32,000 nt of DNA from NCBI RefSeq assembly GCF_008065095.1, contig NZ_CP042911.1, positions 8,130,001 through 8,162,000 of the forward strand, read 5' to 3'. The position numbers and the translations under genes were made by a program. The notes beneath the pieces were generated by a model. The model worked only from the letters and a program-made list of their open reading frames with translations, had not been told where the DNA came from and searched no databases. The DNA comes from Gemmata obscuriglobus. GTDB taxonomy: Bacteria; Planctomycetota; Planctomycetia; Gemmatales; Gemmataceae. Positions 23,794-31,667 of the stretch are shown here, piece after piece (position 1 is the first letter of the stretch; every line of letters starts with the position of its first letter).

Positions 23794-24150
23794 ATGGTGT
23801 ACTTCCGGTTGCGACCGTCCACGATCCCCGGCGCGGGGGTCGGGGTGTTCGCGGTGACCGACATCCCGAAAGGGACCCTGATGCCGGAGTTGTTCGCGCC
23901 GGGCGACGTGCGGCGCCTGACCTGGGAAGAGTTTTCCGAACTCACCGTGCCGGACGAGGTGAAGAACAACTTCGCGACGCGGTACGAAACCGAGTGCTTC
24001 GTACCGGCCGACTTTAACCGGGTCAGCGCGGGGTGGTATCTGAACGATTCGGACGAGCCGAACCTCGCCCACGACGCCAACTACGACTACTTCACGCTGC
24101 GCGACGTCCGGGCCGGCGAAGAACTGTTCATCCGTTACGACGATCTGTGA
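23794..24150 (+). CDS. SET domain protein (small, 118 aa)
   Basis: The ATG at 23794 is preceded by GAGAGG. It has RPSTIPGAGVGVFAVTDIPKGT, YLNDSDEPNLAHD (NHSxxPN-like) and GEELFIRYD (ELxxxY-like). Confidence 0.75.
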   Translation: MVYFRLRPSTIPGAGVGVFAVTDIPKGTLMPELFAPGDVRRLTWEEFSELTVPDEVKNNFATRYETECFVPADFNRVSAGWYLNDSDEPNLAHDANYDYFTLRDVRAGEELFIRYDDL

Positions 24151-24180
24151 CGCCGGGTGCTGGAACTCGAAACGACCGGG

Positions 24181-26388
24181 TCACCGGTTGAACAGGAATT
24201 CCTTGCTGTTCACCAGCGCCCACAGCATGTCCTTGTACACGTCGTTCCGCGAAGCGTCCTTGAGTAACCCCCGCACCGTTTCGCGTTCCGTGGCGGTCGG
24301 GGTGCGGGCCAGCGCCCGCAGGAACAGCGCGTCCGTCACCTTGTCGTCGTCCTTTTCGGCCGCGAGCAACTCGGACACCCACCCGCCGGCGTTCAGCTTC
24401 TGGGTCACGGTTTCGCCGCCCAGTAGGTTCAGCACCGCCGGCAGGGACACCTCTCCGGTGCGCTCGCACGCGCACGCGGTTACGCGGTCGCTGCGGCCGA
24501 ACGCGCGCAGGAAGTACGAGTTCGCCCCCGGGTCCGGCACCTGCACCGCCCGGGTGCCCATCGGGTACCCGGCGAAGTGCTCCGGCACGCCGCTGAGGTC
24601 GCAGACGGCGTCGAGCAGCACCTCGGCGGGCAGGCGGCGCGCGTAGTAGTGCGAATAGAACCGTGGGTCCGTCTCGTTGCCCTTGCGGGTGGCGCTGGAT
24701 AGTTGGTACGCGCGGGAGTTCAGCACAACACGCATGAGCGCCCGCAGGTCCAACTTCTTGTCCACGAACTCCTTGTTGAGCGCGGCCCACAGCGCCGGGT
24801 TGGTGGGCGGGTTGGTGGCCCGCAGGTCGTCCACCGGCTCCACCAATCCTACGTTCATGTAGTGCTTCCACACCCGGTTCACCATCGCCCCAGTGAAGTA
24901 CTCGTTTTTCGGATCGGTGATCCAATTCGCCAGTTGTGCCCGCGGGTCGTCGGTGGGCTTCACGTCGGTGGGCGTGCGGTCGAGCGGCTGCGGCTTCATG
25001 AACGCGCCGGTGCGCGGCTGGCTCACGCCCACCGGGTTCTTGTTCTGGTTCTGATCCGGGTGGCTGACCCTCAACACGGTCGCCCCGTCCTTCGCCTCTT
25101 TACGGTCGAGCTTCACGCGGCTGAAGTACGCCGCGAAGTGGTAGAAGTCGTCCTGCGTGTAGCGTTCGAGCGGGTGGTTGTGGCACTTCGCGCAGCCGAT
25201 CCGGGTGCCCAGGAACGCTTGCGCGACCGACTCGGGCGCTTCCGAACTCTCGCCGTGCCGGTGCTCACCGACCGTCACGATGAAGTACCCCACCGCGGGG
25301 CTCCCGGTGCTCGGGCCGGTGGCCGTGAGCACGTCGCGGGCGATGGCGTCCCAGGGGCGGTTCGCGGCGACCTGCTTGCGGAGCCACGCGTGGAACTGCC
25401 GCACGCCTTTCACCCCGCGCACGTCGTGGTCCCGCTCCTTGCGGTTCTGGAACAGGTCGCTCAGTTGCAGCGCCCAATAATCGGTGAACTCCGGGCGCGC
25501 GAGCGCCGCGTCGATCAACTGTTCGCGCTTCTTGGGGTCCGGATCGGCAACGAACGCCTTCACCTCGTCAACAGTGGGCAGCACGCCGCAGGCGTCGAGT
25601 AACACGCGCCGGACGAACTCCGCGTCGGTACACAGGTCCGACGGCTCGACCCGCAGTTCCTTCAGCTTCGCGAACACATGGGTGTCGACGAAGTTGTTCG
25701 CGGCGGCGAACCGCGCGCCGTCCAACGGCCGGTCGAACGGAACGCCGATCACCGTGACCGCGACCTCCGTGAGGTACATCGCGCGAACGGCGCTGGCCCC
25801 GTGGCGCAGCGCCTTCGCCCGGCCGCCTGGTGTTACGGCGAGGTACGCGGGGTCGTTGGAATCGAACTTGGTGAGCCAGGTGACATCGCGCCGCGAGCCG
25901 TCGGCGAACGTGGCGGTCGCAACCAGTTGCACCTCTTCGCCGGGCTTGAGCACCTGTGACGCCGGCGCCAGTTCGAGCTTGCTGACCGGAACGTCTCCCT
26001 TGCTCGGCCCCGGGTGCCCGGCTTTCAGCCAGTCGAGGAGTAACCCGTACTCGCGGCTGGTGGCCGAGAACAGCCGGCCGCCCTCGTGCGGGGTCTGGCC
26101 GGTGGCTTTGCGGAGCAGCAGGCTCTCTTCGGGCCTCGTGCGGTCGATGCGGCGGCCGTCGAACTCGCGGGTGACCCACTTGTAATCTTGCTCGGGAGCG
26201 AACCCGCGGAGCGACAGCCGGAACCCGTTCTGGCCGGCACCCTTCCCGTGGCACGCGCCCTGGTTACATCCGGCTTTCGTGAACAGCGGGACGACATCCG
26301 CGGTGAACGACGGAACGTCGCCCGCACGGGCCGCTCCCGGCGCGCCCGCCACAACGGCTGCAGCGAGTAGGTACGAGAGCCTTGGCAT
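24181..26388 (-). CDS. DUF1549/DUF1553 (PSCyt2/PSD1) domain protein with an N-terminal CxxCH-like motif and an Ig-like insert
   Basis: The ATG at 26388 gives the signal peptide MPRLSYLLAAAVVAGAPGAARA. It has CNQGACHG near the N-terminus, CAKCHNHPLERYTQDDFYHFAAYF (DUF1549 signature), and C-terminal CACERTGEVSLPAVLNLLGG...LWALVNSKEFLFNR (DUF1553 signature). Confidence 0.9.
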   Translation of the reverse strand: MPRLSYLLAAAVVAGAPGAARAGDVPSFTADVVPLFTKAGCNQGACHGKGAGQNGFRLSLRGFAPEQDYKWVTREFDGRRIDRTRPEESLLLRKATGQTPHEGGRLFSATSREYGLLLDWLKAGHPGPSKGDVPVSKLELAPASQVLKPGEEVQLVATATFADGSRRDVTWLTKFDSNDPAYLAVTPGGRAKALRHGASAVRAMYLTEVAVTVIGVPFDRPLDGARFAAANNFVDTHVFAKLKELRVEPSDLCTDAEFVRRVLLDACGVLPTVDEVKAFVADPDPKKREQLIDAALARPEFTDYWALQLSDLFQNRKERDHDVRGVKGVRQFHAWLRKQVAANRPWDAIARDVLTATGPSTGSPAVGYFIVTVGEHRHGESSEAPESVAQAFLGTRIGCAKCHNHPLERYTQDDFYHFAAYFSRVKLDRKEAKDGATVLRVSHPDQNQNKNPVGVSQPRTGAFMKPQPLDRTPTDVKPTDDPRAQLANWITDPKNEYFTGAMVNRVWKHYMNVGLVEPVDDLRATNPPTNPALWAALNKEFVDKKLDLRALMRVVLNSRAYQLSSATRKGNETDPRFYSHYYARRLPAEVLLDAVCDLSGVPEHFAGYPMGTRAVQVPDPGANSYFLRAFGRSDRVTACACERTGEVSLPAVLNLLGGETVTQKLNAGGWVSELLAAEKDDDKVTDALFLRALARTPTATERETVRGLLKDASRNDVYKDMLWALVNSKEFLFNR

Positions 26389-26454
26389 GCGGGCACTCTG
26401 GGGAAAGGTGTTCGGCGGGTCGGGCACGGCGCCGGGTGCAGGTAGGGGGCGCTT

Positions 26455-26970
26455 TTAGGCTCCTCCTTGAGCTTAAGTCGCTTGCGGAGAGCGAGCAAGA
26501 CGTTGTTGTGGATCATACCGGTGGGCGGTTCGGTGCTCGCCGGTGACGCCATGCTCTGTCCGCGGGATCTGGCCCGACAGGTGATCGCGGGTGGGGGCCA
26601 TTCCCCACGCCCGAGCGAGCAACTGGGGCGCCCGGCCACGACGGTGGACCCGGGGCACGGGCGGATCGAGGCGCGGACCGTGCGCCCCCCCCGGCCCGAA
26701 CCGCCCACGACCGGTGGACCGGGCGGAAGCAAGGATGCCGGGTGACCCGCAAGCGGACGATCCGAGGTGTGACCACCGTGGAGTTGGTGCACGGGATCAC
26801 CAGCTTGCCGGCCGAGCGAGCCGACGCACGAGCACCTCTGGACGGGCTCCGGTCGCATCGGCTCATCCAGAACCAATGCCACGACGTGTGCGAAGTGACC
26901 CTGCGTGAGGATGCGCCGGGGTGCCGCGCCGCAGGTGCTGGCCGCGCTCCGTAACGCCGTGACCCACTGA
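26455..26970 (+). pseudogene. ISAs1-family transposase C-terminal remnant (5' truncated, multiple frameshifts)
   Basis: Fragments lie in at least two frames: VLAGDAML...VIAGGG (DAMxxQ...GGDY-like), DPGHGRIEARTV (GHGRIETR signature), and SHRLIQNQCHDVCEVTLREDAPGCRAAGA...LRNAVTH (HWxIENxLHWxLDVxFxEDxxR-like), with a stop at 26968-26970. Confidence 0.6.
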
Positions 26971-26997
26971 AGTTCCCCACGAATGGTGAACAGCGGG

Positions 26998-27157
26998 AAA
27001 GCGGTGTAAACTCCAAGTACAAGGTAGGCACCACAATGGCTGGTACGCGCAAGGTCTACACGCCGGAGTTCAAGCTCAAAGCGGTGTAAACTCCAAGTAC
27101 AAGGTAGGCACCACAATGGCTGGTACGCGCAAGGTCTACACGCCGGAGTTCAAGCTC
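26998..27157 (+). repeat. Perfect 80-bp tandem duplication (26998-27077 and 27078-27157) containing an IS3-type left end (TGTAAACTCC...) and the first 14 codons of orfA
   Basis: Both copies read aaagcggtgtaaactccaagtacaaggtaggcaccacaATGGCTGGTACGCGCAAGGTCTACACGCCGGAGTTCAAGCTC. I checked them base by base. Confidence 0.95.
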
Positions 27158-27298
27158 CAGGCGGTCCAGATGATCACCGAGCAGAAGCTCTCGGTGGCCG
27201 AGGTGGCGCGCCGCCTCGGCCACCGAGAACCGGCTCCACGGCGGGAAGAAGGCGGTCCTCAAGAAGGGTGCCGAGGCGTCACTGCTGCGCACATCTGA
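27116..27298 (+). pseudogene. IS3-family orfA (HTH transposase) fragment, frameshifted and truncated
   Basis: MAGTRKVYTPEFKLQAVQMITEQKLSVAEVARRLG is typical of IS3/IS911 OrfA. After RRLG the homologous reading (TENRLHGGKKAVLKKGAEA) is in another frame. Homology ends near 27280, where the IS4-like sequence begins. Confidence 0.65.
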
Positions 27299-28427
27299 TG
27301 CGTACCGTCGTGTTCGACCGTTTGGCGGTTTCGGCTGGAGCAGCTTGTGAACCGCGGTGTGTCCCCCGGACTTCCGCGGCGGGGGCTCCTCCGGTCGCGG
27401 CTTCTGGTTGTGCACCTTGACCCACTTCGATGACTCGCGCCCGGAGAGCCGCTCTCGTGCGCGCCCACGCGTCCGCGCATCGTCGCCCGGCACCGGGAGG
27501 GTGGTGGCCACCTCGTCGAGCGTCAGCACCTCGTGCAACCCGATCAGTTCGCGGGTCATGTCCGCGAACACCGGTTCGGCCGACACGTCCTCGACGGGCG
27601 TGTGCTCGGGGCGCCCGGCCGTGAGGTACGCCCGCACCAGTTGCAGCACGTTGAACAGGACCAGGCACAGGCCGCCTGGAACACGGTCGCCGGCGGGCGG
27701 CACCCGATCAGCCGCTGCAGGTGGAACACCTCGGTGATCTGTTGGAATACGTTCTCGATTTGCCAGCGCGTGAGGTACACCGCCAGCAGATCGGCGCCGG
27801 GGTGCAGCCGGTCGTCGAGACGGTCCGTGATCACCCCCACGTCCTCGTCGCCCGGGCGGATCAGGGGGGCCCGCCGCACGTACAAGCGGCGCTCCCCTTG
27901 TACCTCGGCCCCGAGCCACCCCCACTCCTGGCGAACGGTTCGGCCGTCGGCATCGGTGCCCGTGACCGCGGCCCGCGTCGGGCCCGGGTGGAAACCGGTG
28001 TTGTGCCCGTACCGGACGACGAAGTGGTCCCCGCCGTCGGCGAACCGGCGGGGCGGGATCCGGTCGCAGAACTGACGGTCGGCCACCCGCAGCCGCGGAC
28101 CCGTCACCACCTCGCGGACGGTCGGCAGCAGATGGGGTACGGACCGGATGTCATTGGCCTCCCCGTCCGCGTCGGCGGCCAGCCCGACCGCCACGCCCCC
28201 CGCCGGTAGGTACGCGACCAGCAGCTTCCCGCCGTACCGCTTGCCCGGCCGGTTCCGGGTCGGGAGCAGCCGCTTGGCCATCCGCTTGATCTTCTTCCCG
28301 TCGACCACCACGACCGACAGCCCGCTCCGGCTCGCCGGCACAGCGGCCGGACGGGCGTCCGCCGGGAGCAGCGGGCGGAGGCGCGGGGTGAGGGCGGTGG
28401 GGAAGGCCTCGGCCAGCGGCAGCGGGA
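27280..28427 (-). pseudogene. IS4-family (DDE_Tnp_1) transposase pseudogene, N-terminally truncated with an internal frameshift near 27660
   Basis: It has VVVDGKKIK, VADRQFC and the YLTRWQIENVFQQ motif (the YxxRxxxE signature of IS4-type transposases). The C-terminal part continues in another frame (LVLFNVLQLVRAYL...SKWVKV). An in-frame TGA at 28425-28427 lies only about 35 codons upstream of the first catalytic Asp region. The element ends are not identified. Confidence 0.6.
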
Positions 28428-28530
28428 ACCATCACAGTCTACGAGTACTCGGCAGCGGAGTAGTCGCTTCAATTCGGCCGCGGCTATGAGCCGCGGAGAA
28501 CTGGGGTTTTTCGTTTCCGCCCCCTAACTA

Positions 28531-29496
28531 GTGCTGTGTCAGGTTTTGATTTTAGGGTAGAGGGATTTGAGCCTGTTGCGAGCATCGTCGGTGCGGAACT
28601 GCCGATCGACGCTACGCTGCTTGTCGTTGGTGTAGTCCTGCCAGGCGGCCGTCTCTACCCTCAACTCCTCTATCGTTGCGAACCGCCTACCCTGCACGCA
28701 TTGCCGCGTCATCGCGCCCAGCTCACATTCCGCGACGTTCAACCAACTCCCGTGCTTGGGCGTGTGGCGGAACTCCGATCGCCTCACCAGCGCCCGCGCC
28801 GTTTCCGGGTCGAACGCCTCGTAGAACGCACCGATCGTGTGCGTGTTCCGGTTGTCGCACACCACGATCACCTTCACGGCATCCCGGTAGCGAGTCCGTA
28901 GTAACTCGGCCACCTCCAACGCCCAATCCACCTTCGTCCGCCGCTCCCGTACGCTCACCTGGCGCCACCCCACCAGCGCCTCACAGAACATGAAGATGCT
29001 CGCCGTGCCCGCCCGCTCGTACTCGTAGTCCACCCGGCGCGGATGATCCTTCGTCGCGGGAATCGGCGCCCGCGTCTCCTTGAGCAACGGGATCGGTTGC
29101 TCGTCCATGTTGAGTACCGGGTAGAGGCAATCGTAAGGCAAGGCATAGGTGTCCAGGACCAATTCCATGTGCGCCACGAACGCCGCGTCGGCGTCTGGCG
29201 GGATCACCCCGTACTCCAACTTCCGCGGCGTCATCGCGTTTTTTTGAGCGTCTGACGAATGGTCTCGTGGCTGATGGCGTCCACAACCTCCAACGCGACG
29301 ACCTGCTCGGCCAGTAACCGCAGGCTCCAGTTGGCGAAGCCCTTGGGCGGCGGACCCAATCGCATCGCGATGAGTGGCCCGTTCCGCATCCGAAAGACGA
29401 ACGATATACTTCTTCATCACGGCGGCACCTCACGGGGGGGCTGCCATCATACCAATGGACCCCGTGGCATCCTAATTCGTTAGCCTGACACAGCAC
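28531..29496 (-). mobile_element. IS630-family element, shortened copy (966 bp)
   Basis: The terminal inverted repeats are gtgctgtgtcagg (28531-28543) and cctgacacagcac (29484-29496), flanked by TA on both sides (28529-28530 and 29497-29498). This is the expected IS630/Tc1-mariner target duplication. Including the flanking cTA/TAg, the match is 16 bp. Confidence 0.75.
28539..29420 (-). CDS. IS630-family transposase, probably defective (HTH region largely missing, local frame disruption)
   Basis: This is a continuous 293-aa ORF. The DDE region is intact: NMDEQPIPL, VIVVCDNRNTHT, HTPKHGSWLNVAECELG. Between about 29340 and the A7 run at 29238-29244, however, the family-typical peptide GFANWSLRLLAEQVVALEVVDAISHETIRQTLKK is encoded in a different frame. 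The usual about 100-aa N-terminal HTH segment after MKKYIVRLSDAERA is absent. Confidence 0.75.
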   Translation of the reverse strand: MMKKYIVRLSDAERATHRDAIGSAAQGLRQLEPAVTGRAGRRVGGCGRHQPRDHSSDAQKNAMTPRKLEYGVIPPDADAAFVAHMELVLDTYALPYDCLYPVLNMDEQPIPLLKETRAPIPATKDHPRRVDYEYERAGTASIFMFCEALVGWRQVSVRERRTKVDWALEVAELLRTRYRDAVKVIVVCDNRNTHTIGAFYEAFDPETARALVRRSEFRHTPKHGSWLNVAECELGAMTRQCVQGRRFATIEELRVETAAWQDYTNDKQRSVDRQFRTDDARNRLKSLYPKIKT

Positions 29497-30249
29497 TAGG
29501 CTCTTGAGTGCAGCCAACTCCTTCACCCCCGCGTCCGTCACCCCCGTGGCAGCCAGTTCGAGGTGGGTGAGGTTCTTGAGCGCGGCCAACTCCTTCACAC
29601 CCGCGTCCGTCACCCCCGTAAAAGACATGCCGAGGGCGGTCAGGCCCGTGAGCCCGGACAGTTCCTTCGCACCCGCGTCCGTCACCCCCATGGAACCGAG
29701 GTCGAGGGCGGTCAGGCCCTTGAGCGCAGCCAACTCCTTCACACCCGCATCCGTCACACTCGTGCCGCCCAGACCGAGTGTATTTAGCGCCCCGAGCGCA
29801 GCCAACTCTTTCAGCCCCTCATCCGTCACCAGCGTGTGGCTCAAGTCGAGGGTGGTCAGGGCTTTGAGCGCGGCCAGCGCCTTCACCCCCGCGTCCGTCA
29901 CCCGCGTAAAGGTCAGGTCGAGGGTGGTGAGGCCCTTGAGCCCGAGGGCGGTCAGGGCTTTGAGCGCGGCCAGCGCCTTCACCCCCGCGTCCGTCACCTC
30001 CGTGTAGCTCAAGTCGAGGGTGGTCAGGCCCTTGAGTGCGGCCAACTCCTTCAGCCCCGTGTCCGTCACCCGCGTGAAGCTCAAGGAGACCTTGGTGACG
30101 GGCCGGCCGTCTGGCGTCGTGTTGCGAGTCACCTTCCCGCCGCGCTTCTCGACGAGCGCCACGGCCTTATCCTCGGCCTCGTCCGCACGCGCCGACGGGC
30201 ACACCCACAGGACCGCAAGGGCCAAGGCGAGAGCGCACACCCTGAGCAT
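29497..30249 (-). pseudogene. Leucine-rich repeat protein, 3' truncated at the IS630 junction
   Basis: The ATG at 30249 is preceded by GGAGACA. The signal peptide is MLRVCALALALAVLWVCPSARA. It has 24-residue repeats of the form LKELAALKGLTTLDLSYTEVTDAG. The repeat array ends abruptly at ...GVKELAALKS, exactly at the IS630 end. The conserved C-terminus seen in the neighbouring paralog (VKELNSALPKCKILN) is missing. Confidence 0.7.
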
Positions 30250-30563
30250 CGGTGTCTCCAGTTCTGAGGCAGTTCCGGACGGTCTTACGGCGCCGCGGGT
30301 CCCGGCGTGCGGAACCCCGCCCTTCGTACACAGACGGCTCCGGCCGCGCCCGGGTCTGGGAGCGCGAGCGGCATCAGCCGCGCGACCGCCCCGCCGATGC
30401 GGTCCACTGACTTCGTTTTCGCCGGCCGCACGTTCTTGTACCGGTCCCGATCGAGCCGCACCGCGTTGACGCACCCGCGCCGGCCCGCGGCCCACCAACG
30501 CGGATGCCACGCCCGACCTCTCCGGGGCGCCGCCCGTGGCGTGGTGCCGACCGCGGCCTTACG

Positions 30564-31667
30564 TCAATTCAAGATCTTGCACTTCGGTAGCGCCGAGTTC
30601 AACTCCTTCACACCCGCGTCCGTCACCTTCGTGCCGTACAACTCAAGGTTTGTTAGCCCCTTGAGCCCGGCCAGCGCCTTCACACCCGCGTCCGTCATCT
30701 CCGTGTAGCTCAAGTCAAGGGTGGTGAGGCCCTTGAGCCCGGACAGCTCCTTCACACCCGCGTCCGTCACCTTCGTGTTGTTCAGGTAGAGGGTGGTCAG
30801 GCCCTTGAGCCCGGACAGCTCCTTCAGCCCCACGCCAGTCACTTTCGTGCCAAACAGGTAGAGATGGGTGAGGTTCTTGAGCGCGGCCAACTCCTTCAGC
30901 CCTGCGTCCGTCACCGGCGTGCCGGCCAGGTGGAGGTCGGTGAGGTTGAGCCCGGCCAGCTCCTTCAGCCCCGCGTCCGTTACCTTCGTGCCAAGCAGTC
31001 CAAGGCAGGTGAGGCCCTTGAGCGCGGCCAGTTCCTTCAGCCCCGCGTCCGTTACCTTCGTTTGGCTCAAGTCGAGGTCGGCGAGCTTTTTGAGGGCGGC
31101 CAGCTCCTTCAGCCCCGCGTCCGTCACCTCCGTGTTGTTCAGGCGGATGGTGGTGAGGCCCTTGAGCGCGGCCAGCTCCTTCAGCCCCGCGTCCGTTACC
31201 TTCGTGTGGCTCAAGTCGAGGTTAGCGAGCTTTTTGAGGGCGGCCAACTCCTTCAGCCCCGCGTCCGTCACGCCCTTGCCGCTCAGCCTGAGCGTGGTGA
31301 GGTTGTTGAGCGCGGCCAGTTCCTTCATACCCGCGTCCGTCACCGACGTGCTGTTCAGATCGAGGGTGGTGAGGCCCTTGAGCCCGGCCAACTCCTTCAC
31401 GCCCGCGTCCGTTACCCACGTGCTAAACAGGTTGAGGTGGGTGAGGTTCTTAAGCCCGGCCAGCTCTTTCAGCCCCTTGTCCGTCACTCGTGTGAAGCTC
31501 AAGTAGACCTTGGTGACGGGCCGGCCGGCCGGCCTCGTGTCGCGAGTCACCCTCCCGCCGAGCTTCTCGACGAACGCCACGGCCCTATCCTCGGCCTCGT
31601 CCGCACGCGCCGACGGGCACACACACAGGACAGAAACGACCGCGGCGAGCGCCAACGTCCTGAACAT
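30564..31667 (-). CDS. Secreted leucine-rich repeat protein (about 13 repeats of 24 aa)
   Basis: 367 aa. The ATG at 31667 is preceded by AGGAGCA. The signal peptide is MFRTLALAAVVSVLCVCPSARA. The N-terminal cap DEAEDRAVAFVEKLGGRVTRDTRPAGRPVTKVYLSFTRVTD is nearly identical to the paralog at 29497-30249. It has regular xLKELAxLKxLTxLxLxxTxVTDAG units. Confidence 0.88.
   Translation of the reverse strand: MFRTLALAAVVSVLCVCPSARADEAEDRAVAFVEKLGGRVTRDTRPAGRPVTKVYLSFTRVTDKGLKELAGLKNLTHLNLFSTWVTDAGVKELAGLKGLTTLDLNSTSVTDAGMKELAALNNLTTLRLSGKGVTDAGLKELAALKKLANLDLSHTKVTDAGLKELAALKGLTTIRLNNTEVTDAGLKELAALKKLADLDLSQTKVTDAGLKELAALKGLTCLGLLGTKVTDAGLKELAGLNLTDLHLAGTPVTDAGLKELAALKNLTHLYLFGTKVTGVGLKELSGLKGLTTLYLNNTKVTDAGVKELSGLKGLTTLDLSYTEMTDAGVKALAGLKGLTNLELYGTKVTDAGVKELNSALPKCKILN

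Noticed and set aside
28981-30510. The 509-aa ORF that fuses the first LRR gene to sequence inside the IS630 element and to about 87 upstream codons.
   Set aside because: The upstream 87 codons are Arg/Gly-rich and precede a good SD-ATG-signal peptide at 30249. The downstream part reads through the IS630 terminal repeat in a frame different from the transposase. The biologically meaningful unit is the truncated LRR gene at 29497-30249.
30270-30563. An open frame continuing after the stop of the second LRR gene (...VNAVRLDRDRYKNVRPAKTKSVDRIGGAVARLMPLALPDPG...), with locally high GC3.
   Set aside because: It has no convincing start codon (the best is an internal GTG giving fewer than 60 aa) and no recognisable domain. 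It may be a relic of an older gene between the LRR paralogs, but this is not supportable.
29500-31500. Regularly spaced repeats that could superficially suggest a CRISPR-like array.
   Set aside because: The 72-bp periodicity is continuous and in-frame, and it encodes 24-residue leucine-rich repeats. There are no unique spacers alternating with conserved direct repeats, and no cas genes are present.
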